Assembly: GCF_001194135.2 (NCBI RefSeq)
Contig: NC_068992.1
Coordinates: 67,757,075 to 67,791,894, forward strand
Origin: Octopus bimaculoides
Lineage: Eukaryota
Length of the DNA: 34,820 nucleotides
Reading direction: 5' to 3'
Of the stretch, positions 13,398-25,680 are shown piece by piece. Position 1 is the stretch's first letter. Each line of letters opens with the position of its first letter. The notes under the pieces were generated by a model. The model did no database searches and was not told where the DNA came from. It was given only the letters and a program-made list of their open reading frames with translations. A program made the position numbers and the translations under genes.

Positions 13398-13478
13398 CGT
13401 TTGGTGAACCACTAGCTTATGGGGATATAAACAAACTAACACTGCTCCTCATGCAGTTGGAGACAAACAGATACAAAA
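13398..13478 (-). mobile_element. Degenerate SINE fragment (same family as 34573-34765)
   Basis: TTTGGTGAACCACTAGCTTATGGGGATATAAACAAAC aligns with TTTGTCGAACAGCTAAGTTACGGGGATGTAAACACATC near 34690. Confidence 0.65.
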
Positions 13479-13484
13479 TCAAAG

Positions 13485-13614
13485 AGTTCTATATCGAAGA
13501 GATGAGGAATTCTGTACATTATTTACATTATTCGGACATTTACAATGTTTCGGCTGATATACCTTCCAGCCTTCATCAGGTGTCTTGGGATCTCATTCCT
13601 AAGGTATTTTTCGA

Positions 13615-13646
<32 letters not shown>

Positions 13647-13718
13647 AGGTTACTACCTGGAATCAAACTCAGAATCTTGGGATTAGTAGCCGGCACTTTT
13701 AACTACTACTCCATATGC
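13485..13718 (-). mobile_element. tRNA-headed SINE-like element with internal (TAA)n and a hammerhead ribozyme-like core
   Basis: Minus strand: A-box-like TGGAGTAGTAG (13703-13713), B-box-like AGTTTGATTCC (13659-13669), (TAA)n, then GACAC-CTGATGA-A-GGCTG-loop-CAGCC-GAAAC. The 3' boundary is approximate. Confidence 0.7.
13539..13584 (-). ncRNA. Minimal type I hammerhead ribozyme-like motif, 3' half degenerate
   Basis: CUGAUGA (13573-13579), 5-bp stem II GGCUG/CAGCC, GAAAC (13547-13551). Stem III and the 3' strand of stem I (AUUGUAAA) pair poorly. Confidence 0.65.
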
Positions 13719-14106
13719 ACGTGGGCAGTTATGGAGTGGATTTTAGGGCTTATACATCTAATATTTTCCTATACTTCCTTAATACCAGTTCCCATATGCT
13801 ATTCATATCTGCACTCGGTCTGCTTAGGAGTGTCCTAGCATATGTGCTGCTTCTTTTAGCTTTGGTATTTTCCAGTGGTGTTCTCTATTATTTTAACTTC
13901 ATCGCACAGGGGGAGGTGGTCGCCATTTTTCCTTATATCATCAGCTATACCCGATTTATCAGTATCTCCTCGTGTCACAGCTTTGCCATGTTCCTCGATC
14001 TTTATTTTGAGGAGGCGGATTTTTCGCACACACACATATACATGACCCGATTTCATACAGTTTCCATAATCCAAATTCATTGAAAAGACATTAATCATGC
14101 GGGGGA

Positions 14107-14233
14107 TATCTGAGGGGCATACGAAAAGTTTTGAGCCTTCGCAGCCTTTGAGCTTTGAAGTCGCGTCCCTTCATCGGGAGTCTTGTACCATGTTTTGTTT
14201 TTCTGAGGCTCAAGACTTCATACACCCCTCGTA
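14107..14233. mobile_element. Mariner-like MITE (~125 bp)
   Basis: Left TATCTGAGGGGCATACGAAAAGTTTTGAGCCT versus the reverse complement of the right end TACGAGGGGTGTATGAAGTCTTGAGCCT; TA at both termini. Confidence 0.6.
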
Positions 14234-15147
14234 GTAGAAAACAATTACACACGTTGCAGTGAGACTGAATTCAAAAGCTTGTGTTTGAAAATGCAACTCG
14301 TGTTTTCTCTAGATGTCATAGCCTTAGTTTCATTGAACACCACGTGGATGCTGGTTCAACCTAAAACTATTGAGGAAAACATGTTGTAATGTATCACAAG
14401 CAATAACATCATTGCACACTTTCCATTTCAAATGATGTAACTTCCTCGTTGAAACTAATTAGCATTTCTGCTAATGTGTTTGGTTGAGGGAAGCACTTTG
14501 ATTTTAGCTTAAAGAACATAGAATATCTTTAGTTAAAACATCTCCCCACATGTTATTATATTGATATTTACATAGGAAATATTGTTGATATAATTTACTT
14601 CACAACGTTAGCCCCTAATTCCACTAATAATATTGACGCAATGCCTTTAATTAATGAGCAGCAAGTTTCAAAATGTTTCCTAACAATATTCCTGCATTTC
14701 CAAATTTATGAAAAAAAGATCGTTGACAATTCAAGTATAAATTACAATTTTAATGACACCCCCACCTCTTAAATAATATAATTTACACATTTTGTTTGTT
14801 CTGTGTCATGTCAAAAGAAATTATATATTAGCACTTGAAACTTAATCAAATACCCTGCTTAATAATGTTGGCATAATTTGTGAGAAGGCTGATTATTATT
14901 CTTTCGAATTGGTAATAATGCATAAAATGAAATTATTTCACCGCATCCTTCGTTCAATTAAATTTGAATCTACGTCAAATTTAATCGCCGTTCAAGCACA
15001 GGCAACCAACACAGAAATACAATAATTCATTTTCAAACTGCATATTAAATCATTAAATGTATATTTTGGCAAAGCAATTTTGAAAAAACTTTTTGAGCTG
15101 AAGCTAATTTTCAGTCAATAACACTAAAGAAAAATAGTGGCAAATTT

Positions 15148-15305
15148 GAAACGGAATTTTATTAGGAATTGATTATAGAACATATATTTGTGGAAGCAAA
15201 AGACATACATGAATTTCTCATAATGCCGTATATTTCTGTATTAAATATTGCCAATTTGTTTGGATGTCAAGAAGTAAACATCAAAAGGAAATATAACATC
15301 ACAAA
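15148..15305 (+). mobile_element. Possible hAT (Charlie/SPIN-like) transposase N-terminal BED-finger relic
   Basis: FY*ELIIEHIFVEAKD...CQEVNIKRKYNITK loosely resembles FNxEWTxKYFFVEVKD...KEYNIKRHYETKH. Key Cys/His residues are missing. Confidence 0.35.
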
Positions 15306-15518
15306 AAAATATTGAAAAGAATAGTTTCGATATTAACGGTTTCTCTGCTCCCTATTTTCTTACTGCTCAATATGGTATTGATATCTCCATTGGCTGCTAA
15401 TCGTGTATGGAAACGAGATCCATCATTGATGTTTACGTTGTATATCTCGCACTACTTCCTTTCATCCTTCATCGAATTATGTATTTCACACACGCACACA
15501 CATGTATACATACATGCA

Positions 15519-15571
<53 letters not shown>

Positions 15572-15688
15572 GTGTGTATATGCTTCTTTCCTTCTATCTC
15601 TTTATCGGCCTGCATATATATATATATATATACACACGTACATGCACAATGTATACTCATATGTATTTATATGAACATATGTATTTAC

Positions 15689-15731
15689 AGGCACAAGAGT
15701 GGCAGTGTAGTAAGAAGCTTGATTCCCTTTG
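15689..15731 (+). mobile_element. Truncated tRNA-derived SINE 5' head
   Basis: GGCACAAGAGTGGCAGTGTAGTAAGAAGCTTGATTCCC contains an A-box-like TGGCAGTGTAG; similarity stops abruptly. Confidence 0.45.
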
Positions 15732-16559
15732 CTACCGCGCATGCGTTATTGTGAGTGTTTGTTGAAGCATTGAAAGTAGTAGCTACGCTAGTATGTACCG
15801 TAGCGAATTAAGTGAAGCTCAACTGCATGTAAGTCTTTTGTATTTTGCGTCCAGTGGGGGTGTGTTGTAATATTTTTGTACAAGCAAAAAGTCCTTACTG
15901 GATTCTGTACACTGGTCCGCCTGCAGTTGGGCAAAATTTGTTCACTTTAAGTGAATAACTTTTCTCACTTAATTGTGAGAATTCTAATGTCGGGGCATAT
16001 CTCGCCTCCAAAAATAGTTGGACTTCTTCACCAAATTTTGTGAAATTTGTGGAAGTCGTGCTCCAGTCGCTGTCTTCCGGTTTGGATTTGGATTACCAAT
16101 AGACCGTAGAATTTGTGTTGTGCTGTGTTTTTTGAAATGTTGAATAGCTTTCATTCTTTCTTCCGTTACTTTGTGACTTTCTTTTTACTTGAACTGTTTT
16201 CTTTTTTCTTTTTTTTTGTTTTGTTTTGTTGTGACTTTCTTTATTTGTACTTTTTTCTTGACCTGTTTTCTGTCTCTTTCTCTTCCTTCCTTTTTTGAAC
16301 ATTTTACAAAAAAACATGACGAAGAAACAGGACACTGTCTTTTTAAGACACTGCTGTTTAAGAAGATTATTTGGACATTGTATCAATTTCTGTCACTGCT
16401 TAAGTGATTTCATCCAGCGCATCAACATTACTCTCAGTAAACGCATTTCATCAAACTAAGCTTTCCCGTTGGGTAAATCTAAGCGGACGTCATCCCTGTA
16501 TTGCAAATCCTTATTACATACACAAAACTCCACAGTATGGAGCTGTTATTTAATAGTCT

Positions 16560-16900
16560 CATTTCTGGGATTTCGATTATACTATCAGGCTACTCCATTT
16601 AATCATCGTGTTCGCCATAATTCCAAAACCCCAGATAATATTCTTTTATAACTAAAATATGCGAAATTCAGATATATCACTGTTTTCGTGTATGTGTACC
16701 AGTGATTGGGTCTCAATGATGCATGTTATGTTCATGAATTGATTATGGGTATCAACATTCTTTTGCAGATGCAATCATTGGATATATCATCAGTGTTACA
16801 TTCTGGAGTTACGGGTTTTTTCAGGTCTTATAACATACATCCTCATCCAAGCAGGTTCATCAGACTTGTGGATCCAAACGCATTTTACTGAGGCAATCAG
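16560..16900 (-). mobile_element. Possible Merlin/ISXO2 (IS1595-like) transposase relic
   Basis: DPITGTHT at 16689-16712 (cf. FVDPxTGAHTQ), upstream KC...YVIRP (cf. I.PGTTI.SD) and downstream YYLG..ELWR (cf. YLAEFLWRR). Heavily disrupted. Confidence 0.4.
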
Positions 16901-17936
16901 TCAACTATTTTTAACCAGAGCCACCCAGGTATTTTCTTGGCAGCTTGTCCGTTGTGTTTTGTTTTTTCTAATCATTTCTGTAATCGTCTGAAACACTCAG
17001 TAACTGAATTGATTACATAATTTTTGTGATGTCAGAATACATATATATACTTGATTGTAATATTGACCCTAGCTTGCAATTTCATGCAAGTAGCTTTGCT
17101 TGTGAATATAATAAATGTTTGTAAATAACACATGTCTGTAATATGTAATAACGTGCGTATATCAATTCGAATAACATTTTATTATTTTAATAATCAACAA
17201 ATCTCCTGTTTATATATTTCAAACTCAGTATTTCGTACATGTTTCCAATGAATTGCAGAATCGTTTCTTGTTCACAGACTATGGTGATCTTTGTGTGTGT
17301 ATTCTTCATCGTAAGAATTTTTCAGAATCGAATTTAGGCTTGTTTTCTTTTGAAATATAACTCTCATTATTACTTCTAATTATCTTGCCTTGTGTGATAA
17401 TTCGATACACACATTCTAGATTCTCTGCGGCATTGAATAAATGTATAGCATATAACAGATGCGTCGCTATGTTAGTATTCAAGCATTAACTATAAAAATG
17501 AATGACATATATCAAGGAAAATGTACTTTCCAGAAGAGTCAACTGTCTTATCTTATATATATACATACATAATTGGCAGATATGTAAATCATATTTAACT
17601 TCATACAGAGATCTCAGAGGTTCAATTATACTAGCTGTCATTTCATATAACATAAACAGCTGATGGGCAGATATTTTCTCTATTTTTCTTGTAGTATGGA
17701 AATTTATGTGGACTCTTGATGAATTACAATCATCATGTCATTATGCCGATGAAATGCAGTATTTTAAATGAATTATCGACAATTCATCTAGCTAGCCGAC
17801 GCTCTCACACTTCTGTTATATATATATATATATATANNNNNNNNNNNNNNNNNNNNNNNNNNNNNNNNNNNNNNNNNNNNNNNNNNNNNNNNNNNNNNNN
17901 NNNNNNNNNNNNNNNNNNNNNNNNNNNNNNNNNNNN

Positions 17937-17987
17937 AATAAGTCCTGGGGTCAATTTGCTCGACAAAAGGCGGTGCTCCAGCATGGT
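17937..17987 (+). mobile_element. SINE 3' fragment emerging from an assembly gap
   Basis: AATAAGTCCTGGGGTCAATTTGCTCGACAAAAGGCGGTGCTCCAGCATGG matches the SINE tail at 3765-3810 and, inverted, 34600-34655. Confidence 0.8.
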
Positions 17988-18615
17988 GAAAGAGAGTAAC
18001 AGATGCACGCATCAACATGATCAAAATTATCTTTTGACGCGGTTGATTGACCAACATAACCTGTCAAGTTTCCTAGTACAAGTTCTACCATTCATCTTGT
18101 CGATCGACGATTACAGAACGTAGCTCGAGAGAACTCCGTTCAGGGGATTTCCCTGAGTCACCATCTCATTCTTTCACGCTAACACATCATTATTGTATCC
18201 ATTTACAGCTGAGTCAAACTGGTCTTAAGCCGAAGGTTTGTTTGACAACCACCGCCGATGATTGCGAGAAATTTCTCCAGAACAGTTAACAAAGAATCTC
18301 TCAATCTCCCCACTGAAATTAACAAAGAACTTATTAGATCTACAATCCAAAATGTAACATTAAAATATATTACTAGAAAATTAAATTAATTAGTACTGCC
18401 AGTGAATATTTGATCTAACCATGGGTTCACAGGATCTAATTTACAAGAGAAAACTCACAATATAATCAGTCATAAAGTATTGCATTTCAAATAGTGATAA
18501 TGTAACAATATACCACTTCAATGCTGTAAAGCAAAGAATTGTCAGGATAAAACATTAGCGTTAATGACTGTCAAAATTGGTGCATAAGAGAATGGGACAT
18601 TTCTCTTTTAAGGAC

Positions 18616-18667
<52 letters not shown>

Positions 18668-19902
18668 TGTGTGTGTGTATATATCAGAGACTGAGAGAAA
18701 GAGAAAAGAATAGAAAAGTGACATTAAAAATTATTGTTAGAAAAATTCTTTCAAATGGAATGTAGGCAGATATCATCTTGTAATAGGAGGCGGAAGCCTT
18801 ATCGACATATAGTAAAATAGGTGTATTTGAAGTGTGTACGTATGTGTTCACTAACATATAGGGCCATTTTGCGTAGAATAAGAGGCTTTCCACGACCTGA
18901 CTCTCATGTATAAATTTTCTGTCCTCTGCATATCTAAACTGATACGTTTATAGAGACTATATACACTAACATTCAAGTAGACATGTCTTATTGTTGAATA
19001 TATGTTTGATTTTGTGCGTATACGTGTTAACGTATTATGGAAGACGTTCGCCATTATATAGACTCTGTTGTATCACAAAAGAATTCATTTGTCGAATCGT
19101 CTTTTCTCACTAGCTCGTAGCTTGCTTCAAATCTCCACTTGTATTGTTCAACTCAATACTTTCATTATGTTGAAAGTATTTTCACGTATTTGCATGATTG
19201 ATATATTGTCTGTGCGTCGTACAAGTGCCGACAAAAGATAAAATATAAGATACATCTACTGAATATTTCATGTTACAACTTCTCGTTTTCCGACGGATAA
19301 TAGGCCACGGTAGTTTGCAACGTTTTCATGTTCGTTTCTGTGTCAGTATTGTTTTGCATTTACATATTGCATGCAAAAACTCGCATAAAGCCTAACATTG
19401 ACAACAACAAGGTAACTGATAACAGAATAATTTTAAATTCTTATTTTATACATAAATGATAAAGTTTAGCATTAATACTGATCTAGTATGTATTTGAAGA
19501 CGAACATTTGTTTCCTTTGTAAAAACAATTTTATGTATAATATATTAATCTTTATGAATTTTAAACATCATTCATATTTTCCTATTATTTCAATATATAC
19601 CATAATTTCCCGTTCATCAATGTGACAATACAATGTGCAATTCTTTCAACTTGCATACATCATGGAGAAAATATCCGGATATCACTATACAGTATGTCTG
19701 ACGACTACTGAATATTAAGTTTCTAATTGTTTAGATAAATAAAATAAAACTAGGAAAACCTCTAACATACTTTTGTACAAGTTATCAACATTTTACTGCT
19801 TTGGATCGTATATCAGCTTGAAGTACATGGTGCGATACTTACGTATTTTTATTCAATAAATGTATGTATGAATAAATATATGTATATCTATATATACATT
19901 TA

Positions 19903-20019
<117 letters not shown>

Positions 20020-21379
20020 CAGTTATTGGGATTTCAATCAATAGATTTATGGGTATTCCATTTCAAATAATGCAAAAAGAACATAACGAGTTTTTATTTA
20101 AAATATATTTAAGTATCAAATAAAAGTAATTGTGAACGCATGTATAAGAATTTAAGTAATACAATATATTATGAATAGTTATTAAAAGTATAAAATACGC
20201 AATATATTAATTAATATTTTAATTAACCTATAATTAATTATGAAGAACAAATAGGGTTAATATATTTAAAATAGCTTATAAATAGTTAAGTAATTAAGTC
20301 GTATAAATATGTAAATATTCTAAGTATAAATGTGTAATATAATAGGTAAACATATATGTGTTCAGTGCATATATAATATAAATACAATGCAGCGTTAATA
20401 TATGTATAGAGACGCAACAAAAATGCAACACGAATGTAAGATAATAATCTAGAAGTAAATAGACAAATAAGAATTCTGTTAATACAGATTTGTCTATTTA
20501 CCAAAGTACAGGCAGAAAGATTTTCAAATTATGTATACACTTATTTGAACTCTACATATGATATTACCAGCTCTTGGGCTAATCCAGGAACACACATTGG
20601 TTTAAATATACGGTCAACAATATACTCCGGTACACGAGAGGAGCACGTTGAGAGAGACTTGAATGATAAATAATTCAATAACAAACGATGGATATGTATC
20701 AATTCATTGCAGCTGTTTCCAATAAATTTGCTAATTGGTTAATGGGTGATTGGGTACTTATAAAAAAGAAAAAAACGTTTTCTTCGGGTGGATACACGAA
20801 CCACTATAATAGGAACATTTAAAAACATGGCAAATGCAAATTTTGTGATTCCACGACCTACGCTCGCAGAATGAGTTTTCCAAAGGAGATAAGTGGTCTT
20901 TTAGCAGAAGAGAGGGCGACGTGAGAAGCGTGTATTTAAATTTTATAGCCTTGAATGTGATTAGTCGGCATAGTAGGAGTAGACGGACACCGAAACCTCC
21001 CAACTCCAGAATTATGAAAGAAATAATCCTGTTTTTTCTTATGATACAGTTTAACCAGAGATATAGGGTTAAAAGCGAAAGATGAGGTTCAAAGTTATTT
21101 TATTTATTTAACTATTTAACATCCTTCCCATGCCAGCTTTATTACTACAAGAATGTTTGATGGAGACATAAAGACCAGAATACTACTATAGAGTGGAAAG
21201 AGGGATAGGAATAAAAATGGTATTCATCGTGTAATAAAAGAATAAGGAAGTGTACAATCAATAGCGTACCATAACACCATTACATCAAAGCAAAGTCATG
21301 AAAGGAAGAGAGAGATTATAATAGACAAAAATTAAAGTGGAAAACTGGGTTACAACAAAAAGTGTAGGGTTATAATAAA

Positions 21380-21435
21380 GGAATTTTTGGGATAATAATA
21401 AAAATGGAATTGATAGAAATTATATAAATCAGGAA

Positions 21436-21473
<38 letters not shown>

Positions 21474-21700
21474 TAATAATAATAATAAAGTGCGCATGGC
21501 GAATTATAATGAAAATTATAAAAGGTTGGGAATAGTGCAATGGACGAAAGATAACAGAAATAATGAAATATAATGGAATACAGCACAATAGCAGGGAACG
21601 TATATAATTGGAGTGTAAGAGTAATGATAATGAAATAATTGTAGAATGATATGACAATATAATACACAAACTCCATAAGTAAATATGATATGAATAAAAT
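21380..21700. repeat. (TAA)n microsatellite within A-rich low-complexity DNA
   Basis: Visible (TAA)n at ~21441-21487 with degenerate flanks. Confidence 0.9.
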
Positions 21701-21994
21701 ACCAAAATTAATATCTTACTATTGATTATTAATAGTCAACATAGAGAAAAACCATATATATATAAGAAGGTATTCAAAAAAATTTTATGTACACATTAAT
21801 CATAGCAAGGGATAAATAAACAAAGTAGGATTACTAGCGTAATATTAAAAATTATGATGTTAATAAACATTTCAATGCAGCTTATAGTAGAAGCAGCTGT
21901 ATGTTAATGAAGTTCCTAATCGTGTATTCCTTTGTCATCTCACTTTCTTATACGGAGACAAGCACACACACGCATATACACACACGTGTATATA

Positions 21995-22054
<60 letters not shown>

Positions 22055-22153
22055 TAGTGAGAGTGAGAGAGAGATAGAGAGACAGACAGGCAGATAGACA
22101 GATAGATAGACGGACAGGCAGATAGATAGATTGATAAATAGACATACATACAC

Positions 22154-22197
<44 letters not shown>

Positions 22198-22202
<5 letters not shown>

Positions 22203-22290
22203 GGTATTGTAGTTTGTTGGAAGCATTGTGTATTGCTTGTGAAATGTAACGAGTCTGGAATGGCTCAACAATGCAGAGTGGACTCTAATA
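22198..22290 (+). repeat. Unassigned dispersed repeat; second copy at 32913-32999
   Basis: GAGAGGGTATTGTAGTTTGTTGGAAGCATTGTGTATTGCTTGTGAAAT versus GGAGAGTATTGTAGTTCGCTTGAAGCATTGTGTATTGTTTGAAAAAT; both continue to GAATGGC and TAATAAC. Confidence 0.8.
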
Positions 22291-22487
22291 ACTGTGTTCA
22301 CCTATGCCTCCTCCTATGCTGTTTGCTGTCTCTGCAGTGTTTGTAGTTACCGTGCTTCTGCACCGCCCCTCAATACATTGTAAGCTATACGACATATTCC
22401 TAACCTTATAGTTAATCTATCTATCTATCTATCTCAATATATATATTATATATATATATATATATTGAGATAAATAGATAGATAGAA

Positions 22488-22545
<58 letters not shown>

Positions 22546-22599
22546 TACTTTGTTTTTCACATCTTGCTAGAATCAAATATATAAAAGTAACTTTCAAAG

Positions 22600-23245
22600 T
22601 CTTCTTTTAAGGAAATTATCACCAGCAGAACATGAAAATTTTTGTAATTACAACTTGCCGAGAAAACCATCCGAAATTTATTTCGATGAAACAATTAAGC
22701 TATTATCTAAAATATTCAGTGAAAGAAGTTCACTATCTAATATTCGCTGTGAGTGTGTGAATTTGAAAAACAAAATGGATAATTTCGTCACGTATACCGG
22801 AATTGTAAATAGAGAATGTGAAAAATTAAGCCCAGAACTGTTTAAATGTTTAATCTTAGTAGAAGGATTTACAGCAAGTAAAGATGCAGAGATAAGGGCT
22901 CGCATATTGACAAAGCGTGAACAAGATTCAAAACTGACTCTAAGAATAGTGGCTGAAGAATGCCAACGAATTATATATCTACGACAGGACGCAGTAAATG
23001 GTGAAAAAGAATATTCAAATATACATACGTGTCGACCGGGAACAGATACGAAAAAAGAAAAACAGCAGTCAATACCCAAACCAGGTTATGGTTGTGAAAA
23101 AAATACATTTCAAATGAAACTGTCTTTTTAAGAATCTAAAATGTTTTAGAAGTGGAAAAATTGGACACAAGCGTTCATATTGTTGGATGAAACAAAAAAT
23201 GTCGAACGAAAAAAAAATCGAGAGAAAATGTATTGTCAACAGAAA
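22600..23245 (+). mobile_element. Ty3/Gypsy (K02A2.6-like) gag relic with degenerate CCHC zinc knuckles
   Basis: LLLRKLSPAEH..LPRKP..FDETIKLLSKIF..YTGIVNRECE..FKCLILVEG..EIRARILTK.EQD..LTL; then GYGC.K.HF..C.FKNLKCF..GKIGHKRSYC. No pol region or LTRs seen. Confidence 0.85.
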
Positions 23246-23488
23246 TACAAAGCGAGGCATAAAAATTAAAATTTGTCTCGATAAAAATAAATAATGTGAA
23301 TCCGAAACTATAATTGGACATCAGAATAATTAACGAGAATACGTTATAAAAATAGGAATGCCTAAATTTACATCTAAATCCATATTTATATCCTTTGCAT
23401 GTTTTGCTTTACATGTTTTAGAAAGTCATAGATATCAGCATATATGCATTTTGAAAAAGTATTATAAAAAGCAACCTGCGTATATATA

Positions 23489-23534
<46 letters not shown>

Positions 23535-23603
23535 NNNNNNNNNNNNNNNNNNNNNNNNNNNNNNNNNNNNNNNNNNNNNNNNNNNNNNNNNNNNNNNNNN
23601 NNN

Positions 23604-23641
<38 letters not shown>

Positions 23642-24679
23642 AGAGACAGACAGAGGGAAACAAAGAGAGAGCGAGAAAGGTTAAGTACATAAATATTATA
23701 TCACGGAAGATCGATAGAAGAGTGTGTGCGAATAGCGAATAGTCAATATTAGAATATCAAATATTGGTATTAATCCCGGCAAGTAGAACTTATTGTCTTC
23801 ATCAGTTCATAAATAAGAGATATTACCACAGTTAAGGGTCACGACCTTAATCTGAATTATAGAGTAGATATCTAATTTAAACTCTTTCGTGCCTACCAGT
23901 CAGTCACCTTCCTAAGGTCTGTGATCTCATCATTCTATTTTAAAAAGTATCGAACCGAAATGCTTCCATCAATATTTCATTTTAATCTATTTCCCAGAGC
24001 CCGATGTTTGAGATATTTTACGTTTCTCTTTCGTGCTTTGAAACTTAATTAAATGCAAAGTATTTCAACAGACATATTTCATCAGAAAGGTTAAGGTTAG
24101 TTTAGATATTCTCTTTTTAGAACCTGAAATCCTACCCTAAAATAATGTACACTCATCCGCTGCAACTACATTCTATTATGTAGATAAAAGCAAATATTAT
24201 AAGACAGCATGAACAAAATAGTCTATATCTGGATGTAAAGCAGACCACGTGTATGCTGCCTCCTTATTAGCATGTATCATTTATGTTGATTGATGAATAC
24301 GTTGTTGCTCTCAAAGTTGTAAAGTTACGAACGGACACTCGCGGAAATTTATAGTTTCCAGAAGCACGTGTAGGTCCAACCATAACAAACAAAACAAAAC
24401 CATATTTGTACATGTGATATCGCTATATTTACACCATTAAAGTCGTGATTCTATTTACCCCGTGAACTATTCTGCCAGTCAATATTCACACAGACCTTAC
24501 TGGAACAATTGACCATGTTTGCACAAATTGTGTTTTAGATGCATGTACAGACGTGAACAGACAGTGAATATATTTTTACTGTTCCTAAATCATCGAGTGG
24601 AATATCCAATGGAGCATCGAGGGTATAAGAGCTGGTGAGACAAAGACTCCACCAGCACTCTACCAGGACTCATATTTCA

Positions 24680-24770
24680 ATCATTAATCGGGAGCAACGT
24701 GAATTGAAGTGACATCTTTGCAATAAAACATCCGGTCCACGAATAGAACCAACCATCTTATCTGCGCGAG
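24680..24770 (-). mobile_element. Degenerate SINE fragment related to 11334-11596
   Basis: Minus GGTTCTATTC...CACTTCAATTCACGTTGCTCC aligns with GTTTCGATTCC...CACTTCTATCCACGTTGTTCC. Confidence 0.55.
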
Positions 24771-25680
24771 CACATCACAATAACCGTTAGGATACACATC
24801 TACCGCTAAGATAATATTAAGTGTTGCAATCTCCAGCAAGTGATATATATGTTGGCCGATTGAATGTCATAGGTTATAAAGCCAACGTATGGAAGTAGTT
24901 ACTCTGAATAACAACATTTATAGTTGGAAAGAAGCAGATATTATTTCTCACCTGAGATTATTTACATGGCCACCGGGAAGAAAGGCGAGAATTTTAAGTT
25001 CATGTCATCCATAAATGGATATTTCATGGCCGTTACACATTGTGGATATGAAAATCCAAAGAGGATTGCTAAATGAATAATCATTCATTCTGATGGATAA
25101 AATCAAAACGAGAAATACAAATAACTCTGAGAGCATCACTATATATTGTATAAAACGCATGTAAGGGTAATATGTCTCATAGCATTTTCAAATTTGTTTT
25201 AGTGCTGTTAGTGATGTAGTTGGCAGAGTACTTTCCTGAAATATGTTTCATGTAATAGGGCAAATTCCAATATCTCAATAAATGATATACATATACATAA
25301 AAATACAATACATACACGTTATTTTTTTATATGTTATGTACAAGTACCTCAATATAGGATTGAACCGTTAACGTAAGGCTTATTTTCTGGTGATCTGATG
25401 CGCAAGCTTTCTTTATTTTCACTGACTTGTGAATATATAATTCTATTGTATAATGGCGAGCATACATATTTATGCAAACATAATTTCTTCCACACTGGAA
25501 TAAATGCTATATGTAAGAGTTTGCAAACGACCATAATCCTAAGATTATCACGTGGTACAGCATATATTCACCACTCATACATCCAGAATATAATGGTATA
25601 TATATTAAACATACTGTATATGAAATACATACATACATACATACATACATACATAATCTCTATCAATCAAACTATCTTTA

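Noticed and set aside
16830-16870. Minus-strand CUGAUGA at 16857-16863 (similar lone matches at 23799 and 27957)
   Set aside because: No stem II followed by GAAA; a 7-mer alone is expected by chance.
17990-18170. SFDAVD and VQGISLS, resembling RT domains 3 and 4
   Set aside because: The motifs are weak, the spacing is too short and the frames are broken; not enough to call.
20040-20520. Extremely AT-rich stretch
   Set aside because: No periodicity or structure beyond low complexity; ordinary for this genome.
24055-24092. Minus-strand CUGAUGA-AAUA/UGUU-GAAA
   Set aside because: Weak stem II, and no UH followed by a strand complementary to stem I; probably chance.
24952-25068. Minus-strand AG...AG|GTGAGA exon-like segment
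   Set aside because: All three frames contain a stop, and the peptide is not recognisable.
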